IMG/VR virus record: IMGVR_UViG_3300028920_000035
Coordinates: 83,623 to 147,622 of that record
Reading direction: 5' to 3' (one strand)
Length of the DNA: 64,000 bases
Source of the DNA: a virus
Part shown: one piece after another, positions 1 through 9,663 of the stretch
How the letters are laid out: each line of letters opens with the position of its first letter
Numbering within the stretch: the first letter of the stretch is position 1
Made by a program: the position numbers and the translations under genes
The notes under the pieces: model-generated
The model's input: the letters and a program-made list of their open reading frames with translations, nothing else
Told to the model about the DNA's origin: nothing
Database searches by the model: none

Positions 1-1
1 T

Positions 2-2827
2 TCCAAGACCGACCTCTACGACGTGCGGCATGTCGTCAACCCCAATGGGTTCGACTACGACACGCTCCTGCGCACCAACCTCGACCGGTTGCTCCGTGGC
101 ACCATGCGTTCGAACTGGAAGCGCACGGGCGCGGGACCCCGCGGCACCTTCGTCAACTACCAGGACAAAATTGGTTCGTCAGCGGCGCTTGGTGTAACCA
201 CCGTGGGTGCGGCCGATAACGTACGGCAGGTCTACTCCGATGCCTCAGTAGTCCAACCGTACACGGCCATCGTCCGCTCGACCACCAACGGCATCATTGC
301 GGCCGAGCCAATCTCATTGACTTGGGACCTTTCGGTCGAGGCCAACCTTCAACGTCCCGCCAACACCCAGTACATCGGGTCCGCAGGGGACACGGTTACC
401 ATCGGAATTGCCCAGTTCAAGAACTCGGGCATCGACTCTGACCAGGTTCGATTCGCGACGACCCAGGACTTCGCGGGCGCCGTTGAGATCCGTCAAGAGA
501 CTTCAGGTTCCCCCTTGGTTGAAGGACCCGACTACACCCTCACCACGCCCACGACCTCCGATGACGATCTTGTCATCACGTTCACGGGTTCGTTCGGGAC
601 CTACGATCGAGAGTTCCACATCAAGTTCCACCTGATCTACGGCCCAGGTGTGGGGTTGAGTCGACGACCTGATTCGGTGTCGAGTGTCGTTTTGCTGAAC
701 CCGGACAGCTCAATTCTGAGCCAGCAGGAGAACATCCCGACCAACAACGTCCCCATGCGGGCGGCGTGGCTCCCCTTGTGGAGCAAGCACCGAGCCGACA
801 GCGCCAACCCAACGCTTCTGAACAGCCTGCCAGTGACGGCCGAGGCTTATGTAGACCCCGGCAGCAAGACGGTAGCGTTCACGCCTTTCCGAAAAATCGA
901 GTTTTCCAACTACCAGCCCTTGATTTCGAGCACAGGACCTCACGAAAACGACCCCCTGGCCTTGTTCTTGCCAGCCCCCAGCACATTCCACTTCCTTCAG
1001 GTTGATGATGACCTGATGCCCAAGTGGGGCGCCGTCCGCGTACCTATCCGCCATACTGCGGACGCTACCTTCAAGGGAGGGATCAACTTCGGGGTGTGTG
1101 ATGACCCCACGGGGGCGTTCAACTCGGACTTCCTCGCCGATGCCAAGTTCACGACTTGGAACTTCGTCAGCTCGTCTTCGGCGGCCTACAACACCCTGAT
1201 CGCTACTCCTGGCCAGGATTATGCGGGAATCCGCCATTTCACGGATACCCGCGGGCTGGGGCGAAAGGGTCTGGAGCTACCTCCCCAGTACGGCATTGCT
1301 CGACTCTATGCGGTCTATGAAGCGCTCGACTTCGACAACCCCGTGACCCCCGGTCAACCCGTCAACCTGCTGAAGCAGACTTTCGACGGAGACACCTTCT
1401 GGATCGAGACCAACAGCGGGGAGGAGACCTTCATCCTCAACGCCGAGTGCATCGACATCTCGCGGTCCCCGAACCCCATCGTGGACTTTGCGTCGGGGCA
1501 GTATGTCATTGAGGCAGTGATCTTTGGCTTCACCGCAGGATCGTGGGACCGTGGAGGCAGCCCCTTCGGACTGTTGCTGCGGACCGGGCACGCGGACCCC
1601 GTTGACATGCCCACCTTGGTCATCCCAGCGCCTCTCCCCGACAACGACGAGGCCGCCATCAACTACTCGCGGACTCCTTACATGGGCGACGCTTGGGCGA
1701 GTCAGACCACCCAGACAGACTTGCCCTATCTGCCGGGCCCCATCGCCAGTTCGGTGGCATATCAGCTGGCGACCACGGAGCTGGACGAGACCGCGCTGTC
1801 CCGTCCCAACGAGAAGGTGCTGGAGGTCCTGTCGAGCGTGAGTTTTTACACCACCTTGGGCACAGGTCGCCTCTCCGGTGACTTCGAGGGTACCAACGTT
1901 CTGACCAACGTGTGCTTCGAGGATGCCGCCAACTACCCTCCAGGCAGTCCCACCGACGACCGCCCGACGCTCCTAGTGGGCGCGCTCCACGACGAGACCT
2001 TCTCTCTCGGCACCGAGTACTTGGGGTGCACCACTCGCCTTCCCATGGGCGCGCTCTTCCGGGACAAGGACTTCCGCGGCAACCTGCCAGGTGGAGGCTC
2101 AGTCCAGCGTCCATTGGTCATCGTGGATGACCACTCCCCAGGTACGTTCGCGGCGGGCATCCAAGCCGGCAAGACCTACGAGCAGAACGAACTACCCGTC
2201 AGCACGTCCAGCGTGGCCGCCGGGCATGGTGGTGAGGTCGTGGTCCACGTGGACGGCGAGACCGGCAATTACGGCCTACTAACCAACTACCGTACGACCC
2301 GCGGGGGCTCGGCCTTCGTGGCAAGCGGGCCTCATCCCGGCGGCGAACTGGGAAATGCCTTCGCCGTGGCGGGCCCCAGCCCCAGTTGGGCTGGTGTACT
2401 TACGGGCACAGCGTACCTCGTGCGCAATACCCCGACCAACATCGGCGCCACCGAGGTCAGCGCGGGCAGCGAGCTGATGATGCTGGTTGTCACCACGGCC
2501 CAACGACGGGGCCCGTCGGGCGCTGAGATGCGGACCATCATCGGCACCAGTGGATCCTGGGAAGGCTACTCCGCGGCGGACCTCTACCGTCTGGATGGGC
2601 ACCCCCTGGTTAACGACCATGTGCGCCTCGACCTTGATCCGGGAGAGGTCGCGCTCTCTCGAAAGATCCCCTGGCAAGCCTTTGCTGGCGGGCCCCTATC
2701 GGTTTCGGCCCTGGCCGTCGCACCTTCCCCAGAGCCTCCAACCCCCGCCCAAGGGCACGTCATCTGGTCCGATGGAACCTCACTATACGTGAAGGATTCC
2801 AACGGCTCCATCAGCACTCTTCCCTGA
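2..2827 (+). CDS. Large virion structural protein (tail/baseplate-like), 5' end outside the window
   Basis: Frame is open from position 2 to the TGA at 2827. More than 930 aa, rich in G/T/S/P/D with beta-strand character and no enzyme motifs. Function inferred from composition and context. Confidence 0.55.
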   Translation, partial: SKTDLYDVRHVVNPNGFDYDTLLRTNLDRLLRGTMRSNWKRTGAGPRGTFVNYQDKIGSSAALGVTTVGAADNVRQVYSDASVVQPYTAIVRSTTNGIIAAEPISLTWDLSVEANLQRPANTQYIGSAGDTVTIGIAQFKNSGIDSDQVRFATTQDFAGAVEIRQETSGSPLVEGPDYTLTTPTTSDDDLVITFTGSFGTYDREFHIKFHLIYGPGVGLSRRPDSVSSVVLLNPDSSILSQQENIPTNNVPMRAAWLPLWSKHRADSANPTLLNSLPVTAEAYVDPGSKTVAFTPFRKIEFSNYQPLISSTGPHENDPLALFLPAPSTFHFLQVDDDLMPKWGAVRVPIRHTADATFKGGINFGVCDDPTGAFNSDFLADAKFTTWNFVSSSSAAYNTLIATPGQDYAGIRHFTDTRGLGRKGLELPPQYGIARLYAVYEALDFDNPVTPGQPVNLLKQTFDGDTFWIETNSGEETFILNAECIDISRSPNPIVDFASGQYVIEAVIFGFTAGSWDRGGSPFGLLLRTGHADPVDMPTLVIPAPLPDNDEAAINYSRTPYMGDAWASQTTQTDLPYLPGPIASSVAYQLATTELDETALSRPNEKVLEVLSSVSFYTTLGTGRLSGDFEGTNVLTNVCFEDAANYPPGSPTDDRPTLLVGALHDETFSLGTEYLGCTTRLPMGALFRDKDFRGNLPGGGSVQRPLVIVDDHSPGTFAAGIQAGKTYEQNELPVSTSSVAAGHGGEVVVHVDGETGNYGLLTNYRTTRGGSAFVASGPHPGGELGNAFAVAGPSPSWAGVLTGTAYLVRNTPTNIGATEVSAGSELMMLVVTTAQRRGPSGAEMRTIIGTSGSWEGYSAADLYRLDGHPLVNDHVRLDLDPGEVALSRKIPWQAFAGGPLSVSALAVAPSPEPPTPAQGHVIWSDGTSLYVKDSNGSISTLP

Positions 2828-2850
2828 GGACACTATCCCGGTGCTCTGAG

Positions 2851-3063
2851 ATGACCAAGAGACACGCCACCCGCAAGCCCTCCCCTCTGATGCTCATGCG
2901 TAGGCAGGCCAGAGCGACTCGCCAGGCGCTCCAGGAAGCGGCCCTAGTAGTGAGTACCCTCCCGTCAGAGCCGCCGTCAGAGCCGCCGTCAGAGCCGAAG
3001 AAAGGCAACCACCACCAAGTCATCGTCACTGAGACGCTGGCCTCAAATGAATCTGCGGGATAG
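2851..3063 (+). CDS. Small hypothetical protein with PSEP repeats
   Basis: 70-aa ORF filling the intergenic gap; 12-bp repeat (ccgtcagagccg)x3 at about 2962-2997; YTRT motif upstream. Confidence 0.45.
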   Translation: MTKRHATRKPSPLMLMRRQARATRQALQEAALVVSTLPSEPPSEPPSEPKKGNHHQVIVTETLASNESAG

Positions 3064-3094
3064 AGCCCCGCGGTAGATACGGAAGGAATGTAAA

Positions 3095-3502
3095 ATGGAC
3101 CCCATTCAAGCACTTTGGAACCCAGGCACCCTCATCGTCGCGATGGTGGCCGTTATCGGCACGTTTTTCATTCGGCAGATCGTCGAAACCATCGTGCCAG
3201 ACCTCAAGAAAACCAGTGACGAGAACGACCTGACTCAAGCCACCTACAAGACCCAGTTCGCACGGTGGTGGAACAAGGTCATCCTTCATGCACTGCCCGT
3301 CTTCATCGGCGGCCTGTGTGGGTTGGGGCACAGCGTCTGGCTCTTCCCTGGGGTCGACACTACCGGCGCCCGCGTGATGGTCGGCATCGTCCTTGGCTGG
3401 TTCAGCACTTTCCTTTACAAGATCATCCGCAAGGTCGTCAAACAGAAGACCGGTGTCGAGATCCATGAAGGTCCTCCACCCGTGGGCACACCCCAGGATT
3501 GA
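3095..3502 (+). CDS. Holin-like membrane protein
   Basis: 135 aa, about 3 hydrophobic segments, basic cytoplasmic tail (KIIRKVVKQK); GAAGGA SD. Confidence 0.5.
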   Translation: MDPIQALWNPGTLIVAMVAVIGTFFIRQIVETIVPDLKKTSDENDLTQATYKTQFARWWNKVILHALPVFIGGLCGLGHSVWLFPGVDTTGARVMVGIVLGWFSTFLYKIIRKVVKQKTGVEIHEGPPPVGTPQD

Positions 3503-3511
3503 GAGGTCCCC

Positions 3512-4042
3512 GTGGCGTTCTGGAAGTCTTTTGGCCAGACGCTCAAGAAGGGATGGGACTGGTTCTCGGTTTGGATTCTGGGCCCCGGTGCGGCCCTGTT
3601 CGTAGTCCTGGGAGCCCTCGTTCTACTCTTCTTCGGCGCCAAAAACGTTCAGGTTGGTGGGATCCTCGACAAGCTGTTCAATCGCGACCGCAAGGACGGG
3701 GGCGGAGGCAAGGCCGTAGACGTTGCCAACACCGTCCCCAAGGGTCGTGTCGACAAGGACGGCAAGATCATCAAGCCAGGCGAACCCGACAGCAAGGGCA
3801 CGACCCAGGCGGTGGTGGTCCCCATCAAAAAACCCGGGCTGTTCAAGCGGCCCGACAAGGTAGAGATTGTGCCACCGGGCAAGAAAGAGCCCGTCGAGAT
3901 TGATCTCCCCGACGGTGTGAAGGCAAAGGACGTGGATGCCGTTATCATCGTCAAGCCCAACGTGAAAGTCGTCGCCGTCAAGCAGCACAGCCAGGTCAAG
4001 GGCAAAGACCTTGACGACTTGCTCGACAGGTACGGAGGATGA
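3512..4042 (+). CDS. Single-pass membrane protein (i-spanin-like position)
   Basis: One N-proximal TM helix (ILGPGAALFVVLGALVLLFFG) followed by a K/D/P/V-rich soluble domain; GAGG SD. Confidence 0.5.
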   Translation: MAFWKSFGQTLKKGWDWFSVWILGPGAALFVVLGALVLLFFGAKNVQVGGILDKLFNRDRKDGGGGKAVDVANTVPKGRVDKDGKIIKPGEPDSKGTTQAVVVPIKKPGLFKRPDKVEIVPPGKKEPVEIDLPDGVKAKDVDAVIIVKPNVKVVAVKQHSQVKGKDLDDLLDRYGG

Positions 4043-4049
4043 GGTAGCG

Positions 4050-4652
4050 ATGATTCCCTTCATCATCTTTGGAGCTGACACCGTCACCACGACGGCCGCG
4101 CCCGTGCAGGAATGCCAGGGGACCTGCGTCCCTGATGAAGACCTCCAGACGCTGCTGGCGGCGGCTCGCGAGCTACGGTGCTACAAGCCGGACAGCGACC
4201 ACTACCAGGCGCCCACGCTTGAAGCTGACCCCATCACCATCATCGTGGACGAAGACAACCGTGTCTTCTTCAGCGGCGCCGAGCCCCATCCCTACAAGCT
4301 CCACCTCAAGTGGTGCGAGACCGAGGTGGAGTTCGAGGGTAAGCTCAACGTCGTTGCTGCCGTCCAGGAGGACCCCTGGTGGGGGTTCCGCTTCCGACCC
4401 AAGGCGTACCTTGGGTACCTGCCCCTCGTCGCTCTGGAGAGCAAGGAGGGGCTCGACGGGATGGATGCGGGGCTGCTCCTCGATTTCTTCTATGTCAGCT
4501 GGTTCAACGTCAATGCCGCGGTCGGATTCCGCAGTGTGGGCGCGGGATTTGGCATCGATATCACGAAGAACTTCGGGGGCTACGTCGGCTATGGGCTGAG
4601 CTATCAAGAGCCCTACCACGGGGTCAATGGTGCTCTTTGGTTCGCGTTCTGA
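4050..4652 (+). CDS. Exported protein with a beta-barrel-like C-terminus
   Basis: ATG 4050 after GAGG; C-terminal amphipathic strands ending ...GVNGALWFAF. Confidence 0.5.
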   Translation: MIPFIIFGADTVTTTAAPVQECQGTCVPDEDLQTLLAAARELRCYKPDSDHYQAPTLEADPITIIVDEDNRVFFSGAEPHPYKLHLKWCETEVEFEGKLNVVAAVQEDPWWGFRFRPKAYLGYLPLVALESKEGLDGMDAGLLLDFFYVSWFNVNAAVGFRSVGAGFGIDITKNFGGYVGYGLSYQEPYHGVNGALWFAF

Positions 4653-4677
4653 TTCCTCTTGTGGGTCGGGTCTGGTG

Positions 4678-5253
4678 ATGGCCTATCGCTATGACCGTCG
4701 GACGGCGGCCGGGCCCATTCCCCTTGACAAGGGTGATATCAAGGAGCTGGCGGACCGCATCCTGAAGAAGCTGCCTCTATACCTCAAGTTCCGTGACGAC
4801 TACATGGACACTCCCATGCAGAGGGCGCGGGGGTACAATCCCAACCGTTGGCAGTACGAGGTTGAGGAAGGTTTCTCGACGACCAACGTGCGCAACCACC
4901 CGATTCAGGTCGAGGTACATGTTGGCTTCAAAAAGCCTGAAGTTGCGTGGGGTGGGCGTGACTATGTCACCGGGGGAGCGGTTTCGTCACGATGGTATGG
5001 GGCGGATCGACGCGGCCGGGGGCGCGGCTTTGGTCTGCACACCAAGCTGACCGTCAACTCCACGCAATTTGTCGAACAGGCGTTGAAAGCATCAGCAACC
5101 TGGAAGCGCATTCAAGGCGCATTGAATCCCCACAACGAGCGCAAGATTCGAGAAGCCGTGTCACGGGCCCTGGTGCGTGAATGGCCACGTCTACAAGAGC
5201 TGTACCCTCAGGACCCTGACGACGAGTGGGACGAGACGCTCAACCTACCCTAG
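4678..5253 (+). CDS. Hypothetical protein with N-terminal YDRRTAA leader (candidate virion cargo)
   Basis: Start reassigned to ATG 4678, downstream of the TTGTGG motif; begins MAYRYDRRTAA. Confidence 0.55.
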   Translation: MAYRYDRRTAAGPIPLDKGDIKELADRILKKLPLYLKFRDDYMDTPMQRARGYNPNRWQYEVEEGFSTTNVRNHPIQVEVHVGFKKPEVAWGGRDYVTGGAVSSRWYGADRRGRGRGFGLHTKLTVNSTQFVEQALKASATWKRIQGALNPHNERKIREAVSRALVREWPRLQELYPQDPDDEWDETLNLP

Positions 5254-5707
5254 CGACTAGCTGCCGTTGTTTGATTTCGCCGAGCAGCTCGCGAGTGGCA
5301 CGCATCAAGGCCATCCCTGCGACCTCAGGGGCGGACTTCTTGACGACCTCTACTCGCTTGTCAAGCTGGGGGCGCCGGTCGAAGTCGAAGGGTACATAGG
5401 AAACCAGAACCTGGGCAGCGCGGGGTACTGAAAGGGCAATAGAAAAGGCGTCCAGGTGGTGACGTCCGGTAAAGAAGTAGTAGACCACACCACGGGACTC
5501 GCTCGCTCCCAGCTGGTAGCGCTCCCCGGTAGCCTTCGAGATCATGAACATAAAGCGCTCAAGCATAGCGTTGAGGCTCAGCTTGGCTTCGACGAACCCC
5601 TCGCCTGGGTCAAAGGCAACACGCGTACGAACCCAGTTGGGTACCTCCAGCGTCGGACGAAGTCGGTGAAGGTAGTAGCGGGCGGCGACTCTCTTTGCGA
5701 TGCTCAT
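5240..5707 (-). CDS. Hypothetical protein with N-terminal RVAARY tag
   Basis: In-frame ATG at 5707 gives MSIAKRVAARYY; the longer tracked ORF overlaps the helicase gene. Confidence 0.6.
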   Translation of the reverse strand: MSIAKRVAARYYLHRLRPTLEVPNWVRTRVAFDPGEGFVEAKLSLNAMLERFMFMISKATGERYQLGASESRGVVYYFFTGRHHLDAFSIALSVPRAAQVLVSYVPFDFDRRPQLDKRVEVVKKSAPEVAGMALMRATRELLGEIKQRQLVARVG

Positions 5708-5801
5708 CACCGTAGCGAGCGGAACAAAAGATTGTGGTGTCGTTGAGGGTACACCACTACCGGTTGTGAGTGGCTGAAAAGACGTGGTTCTGCTTAAGGG
5801 C

Positions 5802-5812
5802 CGGTGTAGCCT
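5802..5812 (+). promoter_or_regulatory. CGGTGTA promoter-like motif (leaderless spacing) for the replication operon
   Basis: CGGTG-TAGCCT-6 nt-ATG(5819); the motif recurs before at least 13 genes. Confidence 0.65.
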
Positions 5813-5818
5813 GAGGAA

Positions 5819-8707
5819 ATGCCAGATCCGATCAAGCTGTCGACCAAGCAGCGGGAGAAGTACGATCATCTTCTGAAGGTTCGAGCCAGCAAGACCTGCA
5901 CGCTCAAGGGTACGCCACGGATGGCGAAGGAGATCACGGGTCTCGATGGGCAGCGAGTCCCTTTCAAGTTGCGGTACTACCAGGTCCAGGGTGCATACCA
6001 TTTGCTGGCGATGCGGCGCATGGTCTTGGGGGATGCGACGGGTCTAGGTAAGACCGTTGAGGCACTGGTGGCCATGGCGCACATCTGGGGCATTGAGCCA
6101 TCGACGCGCTTCGTGATCGTCGCTCCCAAGAGTGCCCTGTACCAGTGGGCTAGCGAGATCGAACGCTTTCTCGTGGGCGTTGAGCCCATCGTGGTCGAAA
6201 CCCCTAAAGCGGCCAAGGGACGGGCTCGCATCCAAGCTCGCGGAGATGCCTACCGTCGTTGGCTCGAAGCCATGAACGAGCGTCGGCATGCCGTGCTGAT
6301 CATGAACTACGCAACCCTGATCCGGGACTGGAATCACGGCGCGTTTCAACCCGCGTTGCCCAACGGCAAACCCGACCCTAAGGCGCCCGTCAAGCCAGGA
6401 CTCCTCGACCGAGTGATGGCGGCTGCGACCCGACGTAACCTAGGTGTCTTCTTTGACGAATGTTTCGACTACCACACACCAATCACCTTGGCGGATGGGT
6501 CCACTGAATTGATCGGCAAGATTGTCTGCACCAAGACTCCGGTTGAGGTGCAATCGTGGAATTTTGAGAAGGGTTGTGCAGAGACGAGAAGGGTCGTGTC
6601 CTGGTTTCGCAACCCGTTGCGTGACCATCACCTGTTGAAGATATCGTTTCGATATGCCAACTCTTGCCGGGTCACCAAGAGCCATAAATTCTACAAGACC
6701 AACGGCAAGTCTGTTCGTGCCGGCAGCCTGAGGCCCGGCGCTGAGACGGCTTTCTTGAGTCTGAAGGTCCCCTCCTTTGACCAAGAGCAAGTTGTCTTGG
6801 GAAGCCTGCTTGGCGACGCTTGCATCCGCAACCCAGAAGGGGCTTGGGGGGTCACGTTTACCCAAGGTGAGGACCAGCTAGACTATCTGACTTTCAAGCG
6901 AGAGGTCCTGTTGTCGCTAGGAGTGTCTGAGTTCAACTCCGGGCCCAGTGGCTACAACCCTGCTAAAACCGTACACCACTTCAGGTTGGGGGCGAACCCT
7001 TTCATCAACTCGCGGCACCACCTGCACAATGGGGCCCGTAAGACGGTCACAGTCGATTGGTTGGACGCCATTCAACCTCTCGGCTTGGCGGTCTGGTACG
7101 GAGACGACGGCTCTCTTGGAGAGTATCGCTCCAAGAAAGGTGCAATTCGGCGCCACATCATTCTCAACACACAAGGTTTCACCAAAGCCGAAAACGACCT
7201 TCTAGCAGGTTGGTTAAGGTGGCGGTGGGGTGTCAAAGCCAAGGTGCGCCTGTCGAGCAAAGGTTTCTACCTGTACCTTCCCCACGATGCAGCCGAACGC
7301 TTTTTGGGGTTGCTACCAGGGGCTTTGCCTGGGATCGAGTACAAATTTCCCGACAAGAAGCCTCTCCCGCTTCTCGACAGAGAACCTCACACGGGATTAG
7401 TTCGAGATGAGGTTGTGGAGGTGGTACCCTGGTCACGGGCGCCCAAGAAGCGCGACTGCCAACAATATGTCTATGATATCGAGGTGGAGGGTAACCATAA
7501 CTACTTCGCGGCTGGAACGCTCGTCTCTAATTGCCAGGCATTCAAGAACATGCGCACGAAAACCTGGGAGATCTGTCGCTACTTGTCAGACAGATCAGAC
7601 CGGGCCTATGGGCTTAGTGCGACCATCATCCAGAATCGCCTGGAGGAAGCGTTTGCCATTTTCAAGTGCCTTGTTCCCAAGCTATTCACCACGAAGACAG
7701 CATTCCTGGAGGACTACTGCCACACGCAGCTTCAGCCGGTCAAAGGAGGGCGCAAGGTACCGATCGTCGTAGGGTACAAGAACCTCAAGCACTTTCGGAA
7801 TCGCATTGACCCCTTCTACTTGGGACGGCTCAAGCACGAGGTCAGTGATGAGCTACCGGTCCTGACGACACGTGAGGTCCGGGTCACTCTCAGCAAGGCC
7901 GAAGAGGTCAAATACAGGGAAGCCCTGACCGGTGTGCTGGAACTGGGCGATGGTGATGTGCGCGACTATGAAGAGCACAAGGCATTGGTCGCCCTGACCT
8001 ACTGCCAGCAAGTCGTCAACTCGCTCGCCCTGCTCAAGTTCGAGGAAGGAGATGAGGTAGGTCACGACCAATTCGACCTTGAAGCAGGAGACTACAAATC
8101 ACACAAGGTCGGATCCCTCAGCAGCAAGGAACAGGCGTTGGTCGATCTGCTCACCGAAGAGTTGGATGGTCAGAACGTCATTATCTACACGCGGTTCGAG
8201 TCATGGGTCGGCCGCCTCCAGACCATTCTGAAAAGGCACAAGATCGAGGCGGTTCGCATCACGGGCAGGGAGACCAATGCTAAATTGAGGCGAGAGGCCC
8301 AGGAAGCCTTCCAGGACCCTCAGAACCCGGTGCGAGTTGTGGTCATCACCGACGCCGGTAGCGAGTCTATTAACCTCCAGACGGCCATCGCCGAGGTCTT
8401 CCTCGATAGTCCCTACAATTGGGGCAAGTACGTGCAGATCATTGGTCGCATGATCCGCATTGGGTCCCCTCACCGCGGTGTGCTCGCCTACCATTTCATT
8501 GCCGAGCGGCCCCTCAAGAAGGACGCACGGACTATTGACGATCATGTGCTCAAGCTGTTGGCGAAGAAGAAGAACCTCGTTGACAAGGTGCTGGGAGAGG
8601 CAGCTGTGGGCGCCTTGGAGTTCGACTCTGACGACACCAACTCCATCCGGGCGCTTATCAACGCGATGGCCGGCAAAGAGGGAGACGCGAAGAAGGGGAA
8701 GAAGTGA
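5819..8707 (+). CDS. SNF2-family (SF2) helicase/ATPase with intein
   Basis: LRYYQ Q-motif, GDATGLGKT Walker A, FFDE|CQ Walker B interrupted by an intein, SAT motif III, QIIGRMIRIG motif VI. Confidence 0.92.
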   Translation: MPDPIKLSTKQREKYDHLLKVRASKTCTLKGTPRMAKEITGLDGQRVPFKLRYYQVQGAYHLLAMRRMVLGDATGLGKTVEALVAMAHIWGIEPSTRFVIVAPKSALYQWASEIERFLVGVEPIVVETPKAAKGRARIQARGDAYRRWLEAMNERRHAVLIMNYATLIRDWNHGAFQPALPNGKPDPKAPVKPGLLDRVMAAATRRNLGVFFDECFDYHTPITLADGSTELIGKIVCTKTPVEVQSWNFEKGCAETRRVVSWFRNPLRDHHLLKISFRYANSCRVTKSHKFYKTNGKSVRAGSLRPGAETAFLSLKVPSFDQEQVVLGSLLGDACIRNPEGAWGVTFTQGEDQLDYLTFKREVLLSLGVSEFNSGPSGYNPAKTVHHFRLGANPFINSRHHLHNGARKTVTVDWLDAIQPLGLAVWYGDDGSLGEYRSKKGAIRRHIILNTQGFTKAENDLLAGWLRWRWGVKAKVRLSSKGFYLYLPHDAAERFLGLLPGALPGIEYKFPDKKPLPLLDREPHTGLVRDEVVEVVPWSRAPKKRDCQQYVYDIEVEGNHNYFAAGTLVSNCQAFKNMRTKTWEICRYLSDRSDRAYGLSATIIQNRLEEAFAIFKCLVPKLFTTKTAFLEDYCHTQLQPVKGGRKVPIVVGYKNLKHFRNRIDPFYLGRLKHEVSDELPVLTTREVRVTLSKAEEVKYREALTGVLELGDGDVRDYEEHKALVALTYCQQVVNSLALLKFEEGDEVGHDQFDLEAGDYKSHKVGSLSSKEQALVDLLTEELDGQNVIIYTRFESWVGRLQTILKRHKIEAVRITGRETNAKLRREAQEAFQDPQNPVRVVVITDAGSESINLQTAIAEVFLDSPYNWGKYVQIIGRMIRIGSPHRGVLAYHFIAERPLKKDARTIDDHVLKLLAKKKNLVDKVLGEAAVGALEFDSDDTNSIRALINAMAGKEGDAKKGKK
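6461..7531 (+). mobile_element. Intein with LAGLIDADG homing endonuclease (357 aa) in SNF2 Walker B
   Basis: Starts CFDYHTPITLADG, ends YDIEVEGNHNYFAAGTLVSN|C; LGSLLGDA and AVWYGDDG blocks. Confidence 0.93.
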
Positions 8708-9663
8708 CCGACGAGCTGTGCCCCCGTTGTGGAAAGGCGCCCATTGAAGGGTGTCGGGGGAAGGGGTTCATCCTGAAGGAGTCCGCCACTGGAGAGACCT
8801 CGCGGACTTGCCCGAACATCTTGATCGGACGCTTCTACGCAAAGTGGCAGCGAACCTTGGGGCAGGATGCTCAGCCTATGATCGACATTCCGCCCGACAA
8901 GCGGTATCGGGAGTCCCCCCTCTACGTGAAGGGGGAGATCGACCTGACTCGGAACAACCTGCTCATCACTGGGTGTGCGTGGATTCGCTTCTTGAACCAC
9001 CTGCGCTGGGTTCTGCTTGTGAAAGGTCTTGACTTTCATGCGCGGACCACAACGGATGCCCGCATCCAAAACGTGTTTGTCGGAGCTGAGGCCACGAAGG
9101 GCAGTCCCGACAACAAACACGAGTTCCTCACCACAAACCGGTCCCTTTACGACCACGCGGCTCCGCCGGATCTGCTGATTATTCGACTAGGGGTGTTGAG
9201 CTACCGGTACAAATCAGCTCCTGGTGCTTTACTGGATACATTGCGTATCAGGGAGTCGCTGCACCGCCCCGTTTGGCTAGTGGAAATCCCAGGCCGCCCC
9301 TTCGAGGATTGTGCTTCTCATGACGGGGACGTTGAGGTGGAAATCAGCCGATTCCCTCGACTGGAGCTTGGAGCCGATGACCACGACCCGAGCGCCCTTG
9401 ACATGACCGAGGGGGAAGACCTGTTGGGAGAATTGGGTGAACCCGAACCCATAGACGAACCCGTAGACGAGCCGATGGGAAGGGTCGAGGAAGGAGTCGA
9501 AGAAGACGAAGAAGACGAAGACGAAGACGACAAAGAAGAAGATGAAGAGGACCTTTGTGGCGAAGATAGTCCGATCGGCGGTCCTTCTAACCCCTGGGCC
9601 CGCGGTCGGGGTTATCCAAAGAAGCGAGGGGGAGGGGGAGGGGGAGGGGGAGGTCCAATATGA
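8704..9663 (+). CDS. Putative helicase-loader-like (DnaC/IstB-like, degenerate) protein with Zn finger and acidic tail
   Basis: CxxC...C...C at the N-terminus, PDLLIIRLG resembling a Walker-B strand, position directly upstream of the DnaB gene; no Walker A. Confidence 0.4.
   Translation: MTDELCPRCGKAPIEGCRGKGFILKESATGETSRTCPNILIGRFYAKWQRTLGQDAQPMIDIPPDKRYRESPLYVKGEIDLTRNNLLITGCAWIRFLNHLRWVLLVKGLDFHARTTTDARIQNVFVGAEATKGSPDNKHEFLTTNRSLYDHAAPPDLLIIRLGVLSYRYKSAPGALLDTLRIRESLHRPVWLVEIPGRPFEDCASHDGDVEVEISRFPRLELGADDHDPSALDMTEGEDLLGELGEPEPIDEPVDEPMGRVEEGVEEDEEDEDEDDKEEDEEDLCGEDSPIGGPSNPWARGRGYPKKRGGGGGGGGGPI

Noticed and set aside
440-460. GGTTCGATTC T-loop-like string
   Set aside because: Inside a long ORF with no cloverleaf; I recognised no tRNA anywhere in the window.
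5708-6001. Upstream extension of the minus-strand 253-aa ORF
   Set aside because: It is antisense to the helicase start and its promoter; ATG 5707 gives the tagged N-terminus.
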